Assembly: GCF_021028975.2 (NCBI RefSeq)
Contig: NC_059425.1
Location: 155,372,001 to 155,436,000, forward strand
DNA: 64,000 bases
Direction of reading: 5' to 3'
Source: Sphaerodactylus townsendi
Taxonomy: Eukaryota
Made by a program: the position numbers and the translations under genes. How positions within the stretch are numbered: position 1 is the first letter of the stretch; each line of letters begins with the position of its first letter. Under the pieces are notes generated by a model, which saw only the letters and a program-made list of their open reading frames with translations, made no database searches and was not told where the DNA came from. Of the stretch, positions 24,517 to 37,455 are shown in pieces.

Positions 24517-25720
24517 AACTCTTGGATGGCTTTGACTGGCTGACCATGGCTTTGCCTTCTGCCTGTCTCTAACCCTGGACTGTCTGATCATGGACTGCAC
24601 TCTAGCCTATGTACCATAGCCACTCATCTGAACTGTGGGAAAGGAGCCCCCAAAAGAACTCCCAAACCACCCAGCAATAGCAATGGTAGCTGCAACTGAT
24701 GCTGGCATTCACTAGGAAGGACTAGCTGTGCCCCCACAGACCGTGTCTCTGGCCTTCGCATTTGCACAACTCACCTGGGCAACTGGGAAGAAGCCCATGA
24801 CTTGCTGCCCCGGGGAGAGCCCTTATGCTGCCCATAATAAGCCAGCAGCCAACAGCGTCAGCTTTATTACAGCTGATGTTACTATTTGCAGCAAGTGCTG
24901 GAAAGCACTGTCCACATCCCCACAGCTAAGCGGTGAACCAGAAAGCCTGGGACAGCCCCTGATGTAGAGAAAACAATTGTCATGAGGCAGTTCCTTCAAG
25001 ACAAGGAATCTGATGTGGAGCCCGAAGGCACTGTGGACCAGGAGCTGCCGGAAACAAAGCCAGCTCCAAGCCATGTCTTGCCAGTCAAGGCACAGCCAAA
25101 TCCAAGCCCTTCCCTGCCAGCCAGCAGAACCAGCAACTGAGCCTAGTGCCATGCAGCTGGGAGAGCCATCAGTTGCCTCAGATGAGCTGAGTAATGAACC
25201 AGCTGCCTGAAGAAGGCAAAGACAAAGGCAGCAGCTAAGTGCTAAAAAGTGCTCGCATTGCTGCTAGGTATGGCAGAAGGGTCTGTGAAATGGAGGCATC
25301 TGCATCTGAGGAGAACTGAGGCCTTGTGGGATTTATTGATTGATTGATTGATTGATTTATTGGTTATATTTCTATACCGCCCTCCCCCGAAGGGCTCAGT
25401 TCACCACAGTCTCCATGCCTCATCTTCCAACCTCATTAGCCAGGATCTCCTATTTAAACTCTGTTTTGGACTGGTCTCTGCCTGGGTGCAACAAGTGTTT
25501 TTCACTGGAAAGCTCCATGCACCAGGTTCTATGCTCCATGCCTTGTACCTTCATGCCTAGCCAGCCTGCCTGCCTGCTTGTACCCCTGGTCTTGCTTGAC
25601 TCTGGATTGTCTGACTACACATTTGCTTGCCACCTGCCTTGACCTTGGACTATCTGACTGCTACCTGCCTTGAGCTCCGTCTCTCTGTCGCACAATAGCT
25701 CACGTCTGCCTACAGCACAA
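24322..25720 (+). mobile_element. Two diverged LTR-like segments (about 24322-24650 and 25428-25720) with intervening leader/gag-like sequence
   Basis: Both share CTGGGTGCAACAAGTGT...TTCACTGG(G/A)AAGCTCCA...GCCTGCCTGCC...CCTTGGACT blocks. Adjacent to the Gypsy pol relic. Confidence 0.55.
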
Positions 25721-25865
25721 CAATATTCCTAGGCAATGCCCAAGGACAAGGTAGGAGAAGAAGCTTAGAGGTCTGCACAGATGGCCACAACAGGAAATGG
25801 GGTTGTGGAACCAAGGAAGGCAGGCCTGGACTATTTACTCCTCAAATGCTCCAGCAAAGGAGAAA

Positions 25866-25955
25866 TAAGAACATAAGAACATAAGAACAAGCCAGCTGGA
25901 TCAGACCAAAGTCCATCTAGTCCAGCTCTCTGCTATTCACAGTGGCCCACCAGGT
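25866..25955 (-). mobile_element. CR1-type LINE 3' end with (TTCTTATG)n tail
   Basis: AAGAACATAAGAACATAAGAAC...GCTGGATCAGACCAAAGTCCATCTAGTCCAGC. Confidence 0.7.
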
Positions 25956-26409
25956 GCAAGGAATGGCTTGCAACTGGCAGTAGGTCCCAGTAAGAGGGAA
26001 AACAGTCTGTCCACCATCCCAGGGGAGGTGGAAGATTGGATGAGTTGGAACCCCCTCTCATTCTGAGGCCAAAGGGGCAGAGAGAAGTCGACCATGCCAC
26101 TTAAAAGCAGCAGAAAGCAAGATGGTGACCATTTGTCACTGAACTTCCCCGCATGCTCTTTCAGTCAACAAAGAGTTTTGCCTATTCCCAAGAGAGAAAG
26201 TGGTTCTGGGCCTTCATTCCTGCTCTTTTCAATGGGACTCAGCAAACGACCTAGCCTTTCCATCCCTTGTGGGGGAATGGCATTGTTTGGAGATCAGGAG
26301 AAAAAAGATTACAGTAGTGGCCAGGAAAAGACAAAGGAGAGCAAGGAGGAGGACAGTCTTCACACTGATGCATGTATGGTTGAGTTACATGTAGTAGAAT
26401 ACTTTAACA

Positions 26410-27700
26410 TTAACCTTTACCTTTATTGGCAGAAAAGAATTAAATACAAGGCCTTAAAATCAGCTCTACTTACACTGTTGATTGCTCAGTCTTATAGCTG
26501 AGGAGAGACATCTAGAGTTTGTATTAGTAACAAATGGGTTAAAATCAGCTTGTAAATGGATCACAATTCTCTCATCAGATAAAGTGCTATATGAGTTTGT
26601 TAGAGGTGAATTAAAATTTCCCAAAACTTTGCATAAAACCAGCAGCGCAAAAGTACATGCTGAACAGATCAGAGTCTATCTTTATATGGAGTATTGTTAA
26701 AGCTTTTCTGGAGGAGAGCAGAAGTTAATGTATTAATTCTGACTAATGAAAAGTTATTAAGGAGTTACTGATCCAGAAGATGGCAAAATGCCCTGTGGAA
26801 TTGTCTACATAGAGGGCACACCACTCCCACAAGCAGATTTGCCCTACTCCTTTGGATGGAGCCCTTTGCTTCCAACAAATGCTGGCCCATTTCCATGCAC
26901 ATTGTAGCATATCCTATGCATAGGGGAACCCCCACAATTCTTCTCAAAAATAATGTTTGTACACTTTCTATGTTACTGTTGAATGCCTCAATCCATATTG
27001 ATATCCTGAAGAGCAATTGGGCTGCCACTTTACCACTGAAAACTTGAAGAGCTGGAGGAATTTAGTAATTTCCTCTCTGATGGAAAAAAAACATATTGTT
27101 GCTACTGAGCTATGTTTGGCTACTGGGATGGCATATGAACACTGCCTTGTCCATGTATGATTAAACTGTGGATGCCAAGATTTGTACTGATTCACTTGTT
27201 CTATCTGCCGTCTGTGCTTTTTCCACAGATGTGCTTTTTCCACGTACTACTAAAGACCATTACTTCTGATATATCAATATTAATTTTCTGTGGATTAGTC
27301 TTGCAGTATTGTGAAAATGCCTTACAGAGATGTTTCAGACCCTTTTGAGTGTGAGATAGTAAAATTGCACTATTAGCATGTAATAAAAGGGGAAATAGGT
27401 CTCTCAAAAGTTGGGATCATTAGCATCGACTGATAACATAGGAGCCAGGCCATTCAAATACAAGTTGAGTAGAAAGGATGCAGGCCAGCTTAACGCTCTT
27501 GGAAACTTAAATTTTGTGGTATGTAGCCCAATGATATTATATCTAACTTGACATGTTGTGGAGGAATGCAAGTTTCTAATGAGGAAGAGGATTGTTGATA
27601 CCCATTTCAGATAACTTATTCCAGAGAATATCTCTGGAGATGGAATCAACAGCGCCCTTGAGATCAATGAAAGCCTCATAAAGTTTCCACTATTATGCAC
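26410..27700 (-). mobile_element. Degraded non-LTR retrotransposon (RT and 3' end; clade uncertain)
   Basis: Minus-strand peptides FLLNLYLNGL, PLLLHANSAILLS (degenerate YADD), INIDISEVMVF, IESVQTLFLRRIVGVP. Minus-strand TGCCAATAAAGG tail near 26420. Confidence 0.7.
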
Positions 27701-30672
27701 TGAAAATTGTTGCCTCTTTCATTCATTCAGCACCTCTAAGGGCTCAGAGTCGTCTACTGTTGGTATGTAAATAACCTCACAAGTTGCTAACTACAGAGTC
27801 CCTCTTCTTCCACTCTTCCCCCTACATCTCCTGCTCCTTCTCTCACATGAATTGTTCTTACCAGGTGAATTGGTCGGTGCTAGACATTCTCTTGCAGGAT
27901 TAGTCAATGTCAGCAACTTATCAATACAAGGTTGCTTTGCCAAATGCCGGTGTGGGTTCAGGTCAGAATTGGCCCTGTATCATCCCCCCCCCCATCTTTT
28001 ATAATTTTAACTATATACTTGCTGATGTCTGCTTTCATGCAACTTCTGTTACACAAGTCAAAATATCTTAAACAAACCTCCTTAGAGGTTACAAAATTCT
28101 TCAGATCAAAGTCAGCTAAGCCAAGGTAGAGGACAATTTTTAAAAATTGAGAATCTGAATTGTAAGAACAGACTAAATGAAATAGGAGCTTGTTTCTGCT
28201 GCTGCCTGGTCAGCTCCATCTTGGCAGACCTAGCAGGATACAGTTTTAAGAACCCTGGGATGGCTTTGTTAGAGATAGCCTGTATATATCATTACAGGCA
28301 TTAGGTCCAATGGAATGTCATTGTTTCTCTTGACTTTTGTTAAAGTTTTGTCTTCACCTGTGGGACCTATTATCTTTTAGAGACGCCCCCTCAAGTTGTA
28401 TCCCTAAGGACTGTTGGTATGGGGATCAATAGGGAAGGGTCTCCCATTGGAATTGTTAGAGCCTAGGATCCTGCCTGCTAACCATAAAATACATTTTTCT
28501 GGCAGTAGCAGACTTCCCCATCCAGTGAATGAGATAGAAATTCATGGTAACTGAAAAAACATGTTATCTTTCTCGAAAGATATATTCTTGTCATTTTGGA
28601 AAAGATATATAGCAAGTTTTTAATTTTTTGCTCATACCCCCCATCCCCACACATACATACACCTTTACCATTTTAGTTCAATATTCATTGTTTACATGAC
28701 ATGAGCTATGGAAGGATATATGTACTTTTGTTTTATTAAAGACAGTTGCAGAGTACATGTGAAGAGACAGAAGTATATTAATTTATACCCTATTGGCTAT
28801 GTGTACTCACTGTGATTAGTGTTAGAATGGGAGAAAATGCTGAACTTCCAAAAGAAGAAGGGAATGTTTGTGCAGTAAATATACAATCCATTGTTGTAGA
28901 CAATTCTAAATCAGGTGTAAACTTCATTTTACTAACTTTGAAAATTCAGAGTTTTATTAAAGCAAAGGACTTAAATTCCTAATCTTTTCCCTTTAGTGCT
29001 GTTCCAAGTTAATATTCTGAAACCAAAAATTCATGTCATTGTCTCTTTATCACCACTGTAGTAAGCTTCTGTTTGAACACCATACCAATATAATAACCAC
29101 GAGACTGTAAATAAAGTCTATGAAACTGTGTTTTGATTGATGTGCCATCTGGGGAAAAGCAGAAAGCAACTACAAAATAAAATACATTTTAGATAAAATG
29201 ATCAGGTTGGCAGCATGAGTTTTTCCATTATCCAGAGGTAGCAAGAAATCACAAGAGAAACATCATCCTATTAATCTGTGATAGCTTCAGAGCTACAAGC
29301 AGCTCTGTCTTCTTGGCAGGCAAACTGTCCCCCTGTCTGTTGTCTCCAAAATTCCACAGGATGCCAAGTCAGAAGCCTATAATTGAGACCACATAGTCTA
29401 CCTAACTTTCAGTTCTGCCGAAGTTCTCTTCCATCAGCCAAGCACTTATACAAAATCTTGGTGCCATGTTCCAGTTTTAATCCCCAATAGTGCCTAGTTA
29501 GTGTTTTTATTTAGAATATTAATATGCCCACCATTCTCATCAACCTGCAAAGCAATCCTAAGCAGAGTTACACCCTTCTAAGACAACTGACTTCAATTGA
29601 CTTAGGTTTAATGTTCTTTAGAATTAGACAGTCAGTTGCTATTAAGACTGAGTCTGCAAGATTTTGCATGTTTCTGCATGCTGAGTCTGAATCCAGGCAT
29701 CATGATAAACTATGCTTTGAGCAACAAACCCCAGTTAGACTATCAGGAATCCGGAAGGACTTTAAAGACAAACAAATATTATTTTAGCAACAGTTTCCTT
29801 GAAGCAAAACTCACTTCCTTGGATGCAAAATAACCAGTACACAAATATGTAAAGTTGCAACCAAATATATATGTCAATAGCAGATATGTAAATGACAAAT
29901 CCAATTTGTGAATAAAGCTCAAGTTATTCTCTCTCGTGTATTCTCTGTTGGGGAATTTAACAGTAATTAGCTAATTAAGCAGATACAGGCCTGTCTATAA
30001 TGACAGCCATACAGAAGCCATGTTTTTTTAACTTGCCTGCTTCTAAAAAGACATCGCTACCAAGTCAAGGATGGCTGCTTTGCTTTGCTTAAGCATTACT
30101 GATTAACTGGACCCTAAAACAATATGCTCTAAGGAAAATGGCCATGACAACCAAAAAAGGTTATATAGTGAAAATTAATCATTAGGCTATCTTCACAGGG
30201 TGTTGGCTTTGAAATACATGTTGTTTGTGTAATTTATATCAACTTGTTTGCATCTTCAAGGGACAGCCAGGGAAGGAGCTCTCACCTTGTATGTCACTCT
30301 AGACTGCAGTAAAATCTAGAAGGACGCCTCTCTGCAGGGAGGTAGGTATAGATTTTTATAGGGGGGTTGGGGAGCGGGGCCACACCCCACCTGCCCCTGG
30401 GGACGTGGCCACACCTCCCAAGCCCCACCCCCGGCCTCAGTGTTTATAAAAATAGCTCTCCAAGGCCAGGGACAGCAGACTCCCCTGCCCTGCCCTCCCC
30501 CGCCAGCAGCCCCTTCTGCCCTCCCCTCTAGGCAGAGGCATAGCGAGGGAAAATGGAGCCTGGTGCAAAATCTGAGCCCGCCCCCCCCCCCCGGGCAGCT
30601 GCTGTGATGCTGGAATCCATCCCCAAACAGCATCACTTTCAATGGTGTTTAAACTGGAAAGCCCAAATTCTC

Positions 30673-30968
30673 AGCAGTGGCATAGGAGGTTAAGAGCTCG
30701 TGTATCTAATCTGAAGGAACTGGGTTTGATTCCCAGCTTTGCCGCCTGAGCTGTGGAGGCTTATCTGGGGAATTCAGATTAGCCTATACACTCCCACACA
30801 CACCAGCTGGGTGACCTTGGGCTAGTCACAGCTTCTCGGAGCTCTCTCAGCCCCACCCACCTCACAGGGTGTTTGTTGTGAGGGGGGAAGGGCAAGGAGA
30901 TTGTAACCCCCTTTGAGTCTCCTGCAGGAGAGAAAGGGGGGATATAAATCCAAACTCTTCTTCTTCTT
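30673..30968 (+). mobile_element. Young tRNA-derived SINE (Squam3-like) with (CTT)n tail, inserted in a hAT-like non-autonomous element (about 30330-31080)
   Basis: GCAGTGGCATAGGAGGTTAAGAGC...GGGTTTGATTCCC head, GGGTGACCTTGGGCTAGTCAC core, CTCTTCTTCTTCT tail. Partial inverted copy at about 52190-52292. Confidence 0.8.
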
Positions 30969-31109
30969 TTAAATACACCTTAAAGGAAGAATCTGGGGTC
31001 CCCAGTTTAAACAACATTGAAATGATGATGTTTGTGGGTGGATTATCCCCCACCCTGAAACAGCATCACTTCCAAACTTCACAAAACCTAGTATTCAACT
31101 TTGAATGTA

Positions 31110-31995
31110 CCGTATATACTCATGTATAAGTCGAATTTTCCAGCACGTTTTTTGTGCTGAAAAAGCCCTCCTCAACGAATATGCGAGCCACCCGCAGCCG
31201 CCGCAGCCCGTCGTCCCCCTCACTCACTCAGGCATCTTTTCAGGGAAGCTGCCACTCCGGGCAGCCTGTCTTTGGAGCATTGCCCTTTTAAGAAAGATAG
31301 AGACAGGCTGCCCGGAGTGGCAGCTTCCCCGAAACGGAGTCTGCAGAGCCTGCGGGGAAAGAAAAAGATGACTGAGTAAGTGAAGGGCGGTGGCGGAGGG
31401 GTGGTGGGGCGGTGGGCAGCAGCCTGCTGTGCCTGCTGTGCACCCCACAGGCGTGCATCCAGCATCATGGGTGGCCCCGGCTCTTCCTTGCCCTCACCTG
31501 CTATGGGGACAGCAGTCATCTGCTTTTTGTGTTTCCTTGCTTGCAAGCAAGGAAACACCAGAGTAGCCAAGGCCTGGAGCTGCTGTGGGGATCTGGGAGG
31601 GAGTGATCCAGTGGGGAGTGGGCACCATGGCTCTTCCCTGCCCCCGCCTGCTTTGGAGTTTCCTTTCTTGCCAGACAGAGCAGTTGTCTGCTTTTGGGGT
31701 TTCTTTGCTTGCAAGCAAGGAAACCCCAAAAGCAGGCAAATGCTCTATCTGGCATTTCCTTGCTTGCAAGCAAGGAAACACCAGAGCAGCCAAGGGCTGG
31801 GACTGCTGTGGGGATCCAGGAGGCGGGGGGGAGCGATCCAGTAGGGAGCGGGCACCCTGGCTCTTCCCTGCTCTTGCCTGCTTTGGAGTTACCACCCTAG
31901 ACTTATACACGAGTCAATAAGTTTTCCCAGTTTTTGGTGGTAAAATTAGGTGGTTCGACTTATACGTGGGTCGACTTATACACGAGTATATACGG
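31110..31995. mobile_element. Tc1/mariner (Tigger-like) non-autonomous transposon, 886 bp
   Basis: TIRs CCGTATATACTCATGTATAAGTCGA / TCGACTTATACACGAGTATATACGG, TA TSD. Confidence 0.9.
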
Positions 31996-34186
31996 TATTT
32001 TACTGTGGCTCAGCTTCTGTCATAACCAACAGTGTTCTGTAAGAACACGATCAGTGCAAGTGCTCTGTTTTCAAGAGTGATGCCAAAAATGTGTGAGCTT
32101 TTGCAGTTTGCATGTCTTCATGGCATTTCAAACATGCTATAAAAAGGGACCCAAAATGGATTTAAAAACAGAGTAACTTCTTCTTTATATTGCACGTGTA
32201 CCTAGACAAACGCAGAGATAAAACTTGGTAGCATAAGAACCCAGTTTTAATTTTTTTTCTCCATTCAATGTGTCACATTTACAAACTATTACTGCATCTA
32301 TATTTATGCATGTCAGATGAGGATCATAGAACAGTGGTAGAAGATCCCAGATTCGTTCTGGTTCACAGTTTGTTTACAACCAGGATAGAGCAGACACCTG
32401 TTTGAAAACTGCTGCATGGACCAGTGCTCTGAGACAGTTGCCTATATACAAGCTTGGGACTTCTGCAGATGGTTTGCCTATACCTTTGTAATTCCACATT
32501 GTGCATTGCTTGCAGAATGCTGTTGGATGCTCACATTGTCATTTAATTTGAGGTGCCTTATCTTACTGCATTGTTCAATTGCATTGTTTACTATGTGTCT
32601 TTTACTGTATAGTCACTTGCGGCTTCTGTTTGTTCAGTTTTGTACTTTTAGTCCTATTACATTATCCATTCAATTTTCCATACTATATGCCATTTTTTTC
32701 TGTGTACTCTGTAATCCCCCTTGCATATCAGTGAGAAAGGTGGGCTAAATAATAAATAAGCTCAATAAAAATAAAATTATACTCCTATTTTTAGAATAAA
32801 ACTATGCCCTGTAGCACCACACTAGAGCTCTCATTTTGCAAATGCACATTTTGCACTTGCTTTGTAATGTTGATCATTCGTTAGACTATACGTACTGGAC
32901 CACCTGCCATGCCTGCATAAAATCATTTCTTGGAATACAGCAGAACATATGCACTAAACACAAAATATATTTTATGTTTAAAGTATAGCACCACAGTGAA
33001 GGGAAATGAAAATAAAAGTTGTTACAGTTCCCACTTTTTGGGGCTCTGCTGGGGTGTTTCTTTTTGCACTATATTTCAGGAGGTCTGTTCAAACTTCCCA
33101 CTGAAGGAGATCTGACCAATCAACTTGGGTGTACTGTACTTCAAAGTGCGAAGGAAGAAGTTAGGGTATATATAGGAATTAATGAGTGTCAGAGCAGAGA
33201 GTATTCTCCACTGATTTCCCTCCCAGCCGGCAATTTCCATATCACTGCAACAGATAGCCAGGTGTGATATATGTATGCTGATTCTTCTCCAATCTGGGAT
33301 GCTGATCTCCTTTGCTCATGTTGGTATAATGGAGTTTTGGGGTTCACTGAAAACTCCACATAGCAGAATATAACAGATTGTTTTAAGCACTCATTTAATA
33401 ATGAACTGACTACAATTTTGTTTAGGAGCAGAGTACTATATTCCTTCAGTACAGTAGATTTGCAGCTGCCTATTGTGGTTTTGATGCAATTAAAGATTTT
33501 CTTTGCCATCTATACCTTTTGTATTCATAATAGTACTATTTCAGCCCCTACAAGTGATAAATATTATTTGTAGTGTACAATTTTGGGGGAAGAAGTTTGG
33601 CCTTTATTGTAGATGTTCAATTGTATTCATTTTTCTGTGAACAAAACAATCTTCTCGACTCCTCAATGACGTTGTTTGGGTTATGGCCTTTTGTATATTG
33701 CTTTTGTTTCTCCAGTAATAAGAATAACAATAATTTCAGCTCCTAATATATACCTGAGGCATTTTGAGACGTTCAGAAAAAATATTTCTGTGCTATTTCA
33801 TTCCATTTCTCACTTTTCTTGATATTGAAAATAAGAATAAAAGCATCATTATAGAGCAATCTTTTTGAAATCCAAGCTAATCGTAAGCTTTTGCCAGTCA
33901 AATTGTACACAAAGTAGTTATGTTCCTTGGAAGACATGGAACAACTCTTTGATGCATTGTCTCATAAACCTTCAACATGTTTGGATTCTTCTGGTATGAC
34001 ATGAACACTTTAATTCTCTTGCTTTATAAAGAAATTTCAGAGCGTACAAAGCAGCATATTCTATCGATCAGGAAACAACAGAAGTAGGATAAATGAGGGA
34101 GGAGGTCTCACCATCAGCCTCCGCCTTCCATACAATTTCCCAGTTCTAGGAATGACTGATCAGTCATTTCCTCCTTGGCCCTATTC

Positions 34187-34426
34187 TAAGGTGACCAGAT
34201 GGTCACCTTTGTGATCCGGGACGGGGGGGAGGCGGGACAGTCACAGGGCGGGAAACGGCAAGCCCCAGAAGGCCTTGCACGCGGGAGGCTGCCGCACTGC
34301 CTTGTGCCCCAGAAGGCAGTGCGACAGCCTCCCAAAAATCGGGACAATTTGAAGAACTGCGGGACACGGGACAAATTGTTTAAAGGCGGGACTGTCCCAC
34401 CAAAAGCGGGACATCTGGTCAACCTA
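34187..34426 (+). mobile_element. hAT (Blackjack-like) MITE, copy 1
   Basis: TIRs TAAGGTGACCAGATG / CATCTGGTCAACCTA, exact 8-bp TSD CCCTATTC. Confidence 0.88.
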
Positions 34427-36083
34427 CCCTATTCCCTGTCTTCCTCTTATACTACCAATCCCATCCCTTTCACTGGTTCACCCTAACCAGGGCCTCAGGG
34501 TTAGGAACAGGCCTGCCAGACACAAGGCCTGGCTCATAGCACTGAAATCACCCCTGGCTGCTCCTGCTTCTCTGCCTGTCCACAAATGGCATGGCTTGCC
34601 CCGGCAGGGTTTGCCACCCCAGTGGCATGGCTTGCCACCGGCAGGGTCTGCCACCCTGGCACACATCTGCCTTCCTCCAGACTACCAAGTTCTGCCACCT
34701 ACCTGGCCACCCATTGCCCCTGGTTTGTTGGCAGCAATCCTGCCACAGGACTGGTGGTGGCATTGCCTGTGACCGCAGGGAGGAACATCGGCCTGGCAAG
34801 TCCTGGGTGACAGCCCCACCTGCAGGCCAAGCTCTGCTGCCATCACAAAACATCCTATATGCATGCAGGTTGGGGAGGTAGCCTGAAGTCCTGCTGCTCC
34901 TTTTACACAATCACTGTACAAATAAGTGAAATCAAAAGACATAATAACAGTGCTGCTCCCTGAATGTAATGAAATGTAGTAGCACAATTCAGTTGTTTGA
35001 TAATCTCAAGCCTCATGTGACTGCACTTCCTCAATGCAGTGTTAATGTGGGACTGGAGTTAAGCAGTTCTCACTCCCAGCCTCCAGGTCATGTGCCTAAC
35101 TCCATATTATGTTTGTTTTTTTGTATTTGTGGTAGAGCTGAGAGTTTGAATATGAGGATTTATGCCAAATAGTCATCACAATAGTCTCAGTTTCACAAAT
35201 GGTAGTGATTTCAACCAACTATGAAGGTGTGGATTTCTAAGTGAGTGCAAAGAAATATGAGCTTAGTATACTGAGCTGTGGAAAATTTGATAGCAGCAAC
35301 ACATATGTGAACTAGGCTCTTAAAATGTAGATTTTGGCTGTTCTCTAAAACAACATTTTGTAAAACATTGTATCTGAATGAAATTCTAGGTGAAACACAG
35401 ATATATTGCCAAATATTCAAAAGCTTGTGCTCATTATTTTATGATATTTTGGTTGGTCCTAATAAAAGATATTCCACTACAGTTTGTAATGTAACAGAAA
35501 CTTTTAAAATAATAATAATAATAATAAAACAAATACTATAATGGTACTTTGGAATGTGTGCTGTTGGCAAGGTGACATTGCTGTTAACTTAATGTTGTCG
35601 AAACTATAAATTACTGGTGGAAATAATAAATTATGTTTCTCTAGTAATAAAATAGATTCAAAGTTCACTTCAAATTGCTTTATTAAATTCTGTGTGCATC
35701 CCCTTTGATTATAGTAGTCTTTGCATAACTTCTCAGGAGGAAAGAACAAGAGATGCAAAATTCCTATTTTACTGCCTTACCAAAGCTAATGAAAATTATG
35801 AATCACGGTTCTTCCATAATTTGATGAAATCCATTATTAGTGACAAGTGACATTTGTGTGCCATATTAAATAATCTTTTGTGACTGGAAAGTAGCTCTCT
35901 TAATTTTCTTAGAATTGGTACCAATCTATTTAGCTTTACTGAATGATTGCTATGCTACTAGCATTTTTATAAGAGAGGCAGTTTTACAAATGACTGTTAC
36001 AAGAACAGCACTTGAAACAATTGCTGAAGAAAAATGTGTCGGAATTCTTTCCATTAATATGTGATTCTTTTATAACTCTACAG

Positions 36084-36127
36084 CGGACCAGTCAGGAATG
36101 TTATTTATAGGAGATGCAGTAATGCAG
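36084..36127 (+). CDS. SNTG2: Gamma-2 syntrophin internal exon (44 nt): (A)DQSGMLFIGDAVMQ
   Basis: Acceptor ctctacag|CG, donor CAG|gtcagt. The phase-1 start completes the Ala codon from the previous exon. Contains the PDZ LxxGD motif. Confidence 0.95.
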
Positions 36128-36227
36128 GTCAGTTTATTCTCGATACTTGATTCAACCATGTCACTATTTTAATGCTTGAATTAAAGCCAGCTATTAACCT
36201 GGTTTTTCAAATGTGACTTTTTTATAG

Positions 36228-36269
36228 GTCAATGGCATAAATGTAGAAAGTGCTACCCATGAAGAAGTG
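36228..36269 (+). CDS. SNTG2: Gamma-2 syntrophin internal exon (42 nt): VNGINVESATHEEV
   Basis: Acceptor tttttatag|GTC, donor GTG|gtaagt. PDZ VNG...THEEV motif. Follows a 100-nt intron. Confidence 0.95.
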
Positions 36270-36744
36270 GTAAGTTCTGTATTTTCTGTTCCTCCTTTCC
36301 CCTTTATGTGCTGAATTTTGCCTTGACCTTGTAAATTTTAGTGCACTTTTTTGAGAAACCTCAAAAATGGGTTCAACTACTTTTTCATATAGCCCATACA
36401 CTTTCTCTACACTTGCTGTACACTTATTATTTTTCTTCTTATATTTTTCTTGTATACTTCTTGTACATTTGCATTTTTCTTCTTGAGATGAAGCATGTTG
36501 TTACTCCTTGGCTCCTTTTAGATTTGCTTTTCTACACTGGATGTCATCCAAATCTGAGCAAAGTGATACAGGGATGGACATTTCATACAACTTGTTTCAA
36601 TCCATCAATGAGTTATCTCTGAAGCACTCTGACTGCTTCAAACAGTGCCATTATTTCCCCCCCTGGCTTTTTCTGTACTGTGTTCTTTTTCAGCTCCCTC
36701 CCCTGCACCAGATGTTGTAAGATTTGCACTATAGCAGCACTATT

Positions 36745-37455
36745 GACATGCTGTTGAAAAAGAATGCGGCTCTCCAGCATTGTTTGAAGGCAGTTGCTGG
36801 TTGGTTGAAGCAAAGCAGGTTAAAACTTAATCCAGTGAAGATTGAGGTCCTGTGGGTGGGTCACGGGGGGGAGGGGAACGGGGTTTCAGCCACCATTGCT
36901 AGAGGGGGATCCTTTATTGGTTGCCCCCTTTGCCCGGAGCCTGGGGGTTTCTGCCCGGAGCCTCTGCGTTCGGCAGAGGACAATTTGCTGGTGGTCCCAA
37001 GCCAACTCCATGATATGACTGGCCTCTACCCAGGTCAGGGCCTTTAGTGCCCTGGCCCTGACCTTGTGGAACACTCTCCCCCACCCACCATCTGGACCCT
37101 GCGGGACTTAGAACAGTTCCGCAGGGCCTGCAAGACGGAGCTGTTCCACCGGGCTTTTGGGGAGGTCAGCTGTTGAGGGTGCCATCCCTTGCATTCCAAG
37201 CACTCTATATTCTATTCTTGGAGTACGCATTTATTGTGTCTGACCGCCCTGGTGACTTTACTGCTGATTTTGTCACTTGTTCTAAAGTTAAGGTTGAAGT
37301 TGTTGTTACCTGATGTTTTAGTTGGAATTTTATTGTGACTGTTTTATTCATTTGTACACTGCCCAGAGCCCTTTGGGGATGGGGTGGTATAATTAAATTT
37401 GATAAATAAACAAACAAACAAACAAACAAACAAACAAATAAATAAATAAATAAAT
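36745..37455 (+). mobile_element. L2 LINE 3' fragment with internal deletion and (AAAC)/(AAAT) tail
   Basis: CLKAVAGWLKQSRLKLNPVKIEVLWVG joined directly to LRSAEDNLLVVP. 3' end GAGCCCTTTGGGGATGGGGTGGTATA followed by the microsatellite. Confidence 0.8.

Noticed and set aside
31105-31920. Many overlapping 60-170 aa ORFs on both strands
   Set aside because: They lie in the GC-rich, palindromic interior of a non-autonomous transposon. No transposase or other domain motif; repeats such as CLQARK simply reflect the palindrome.
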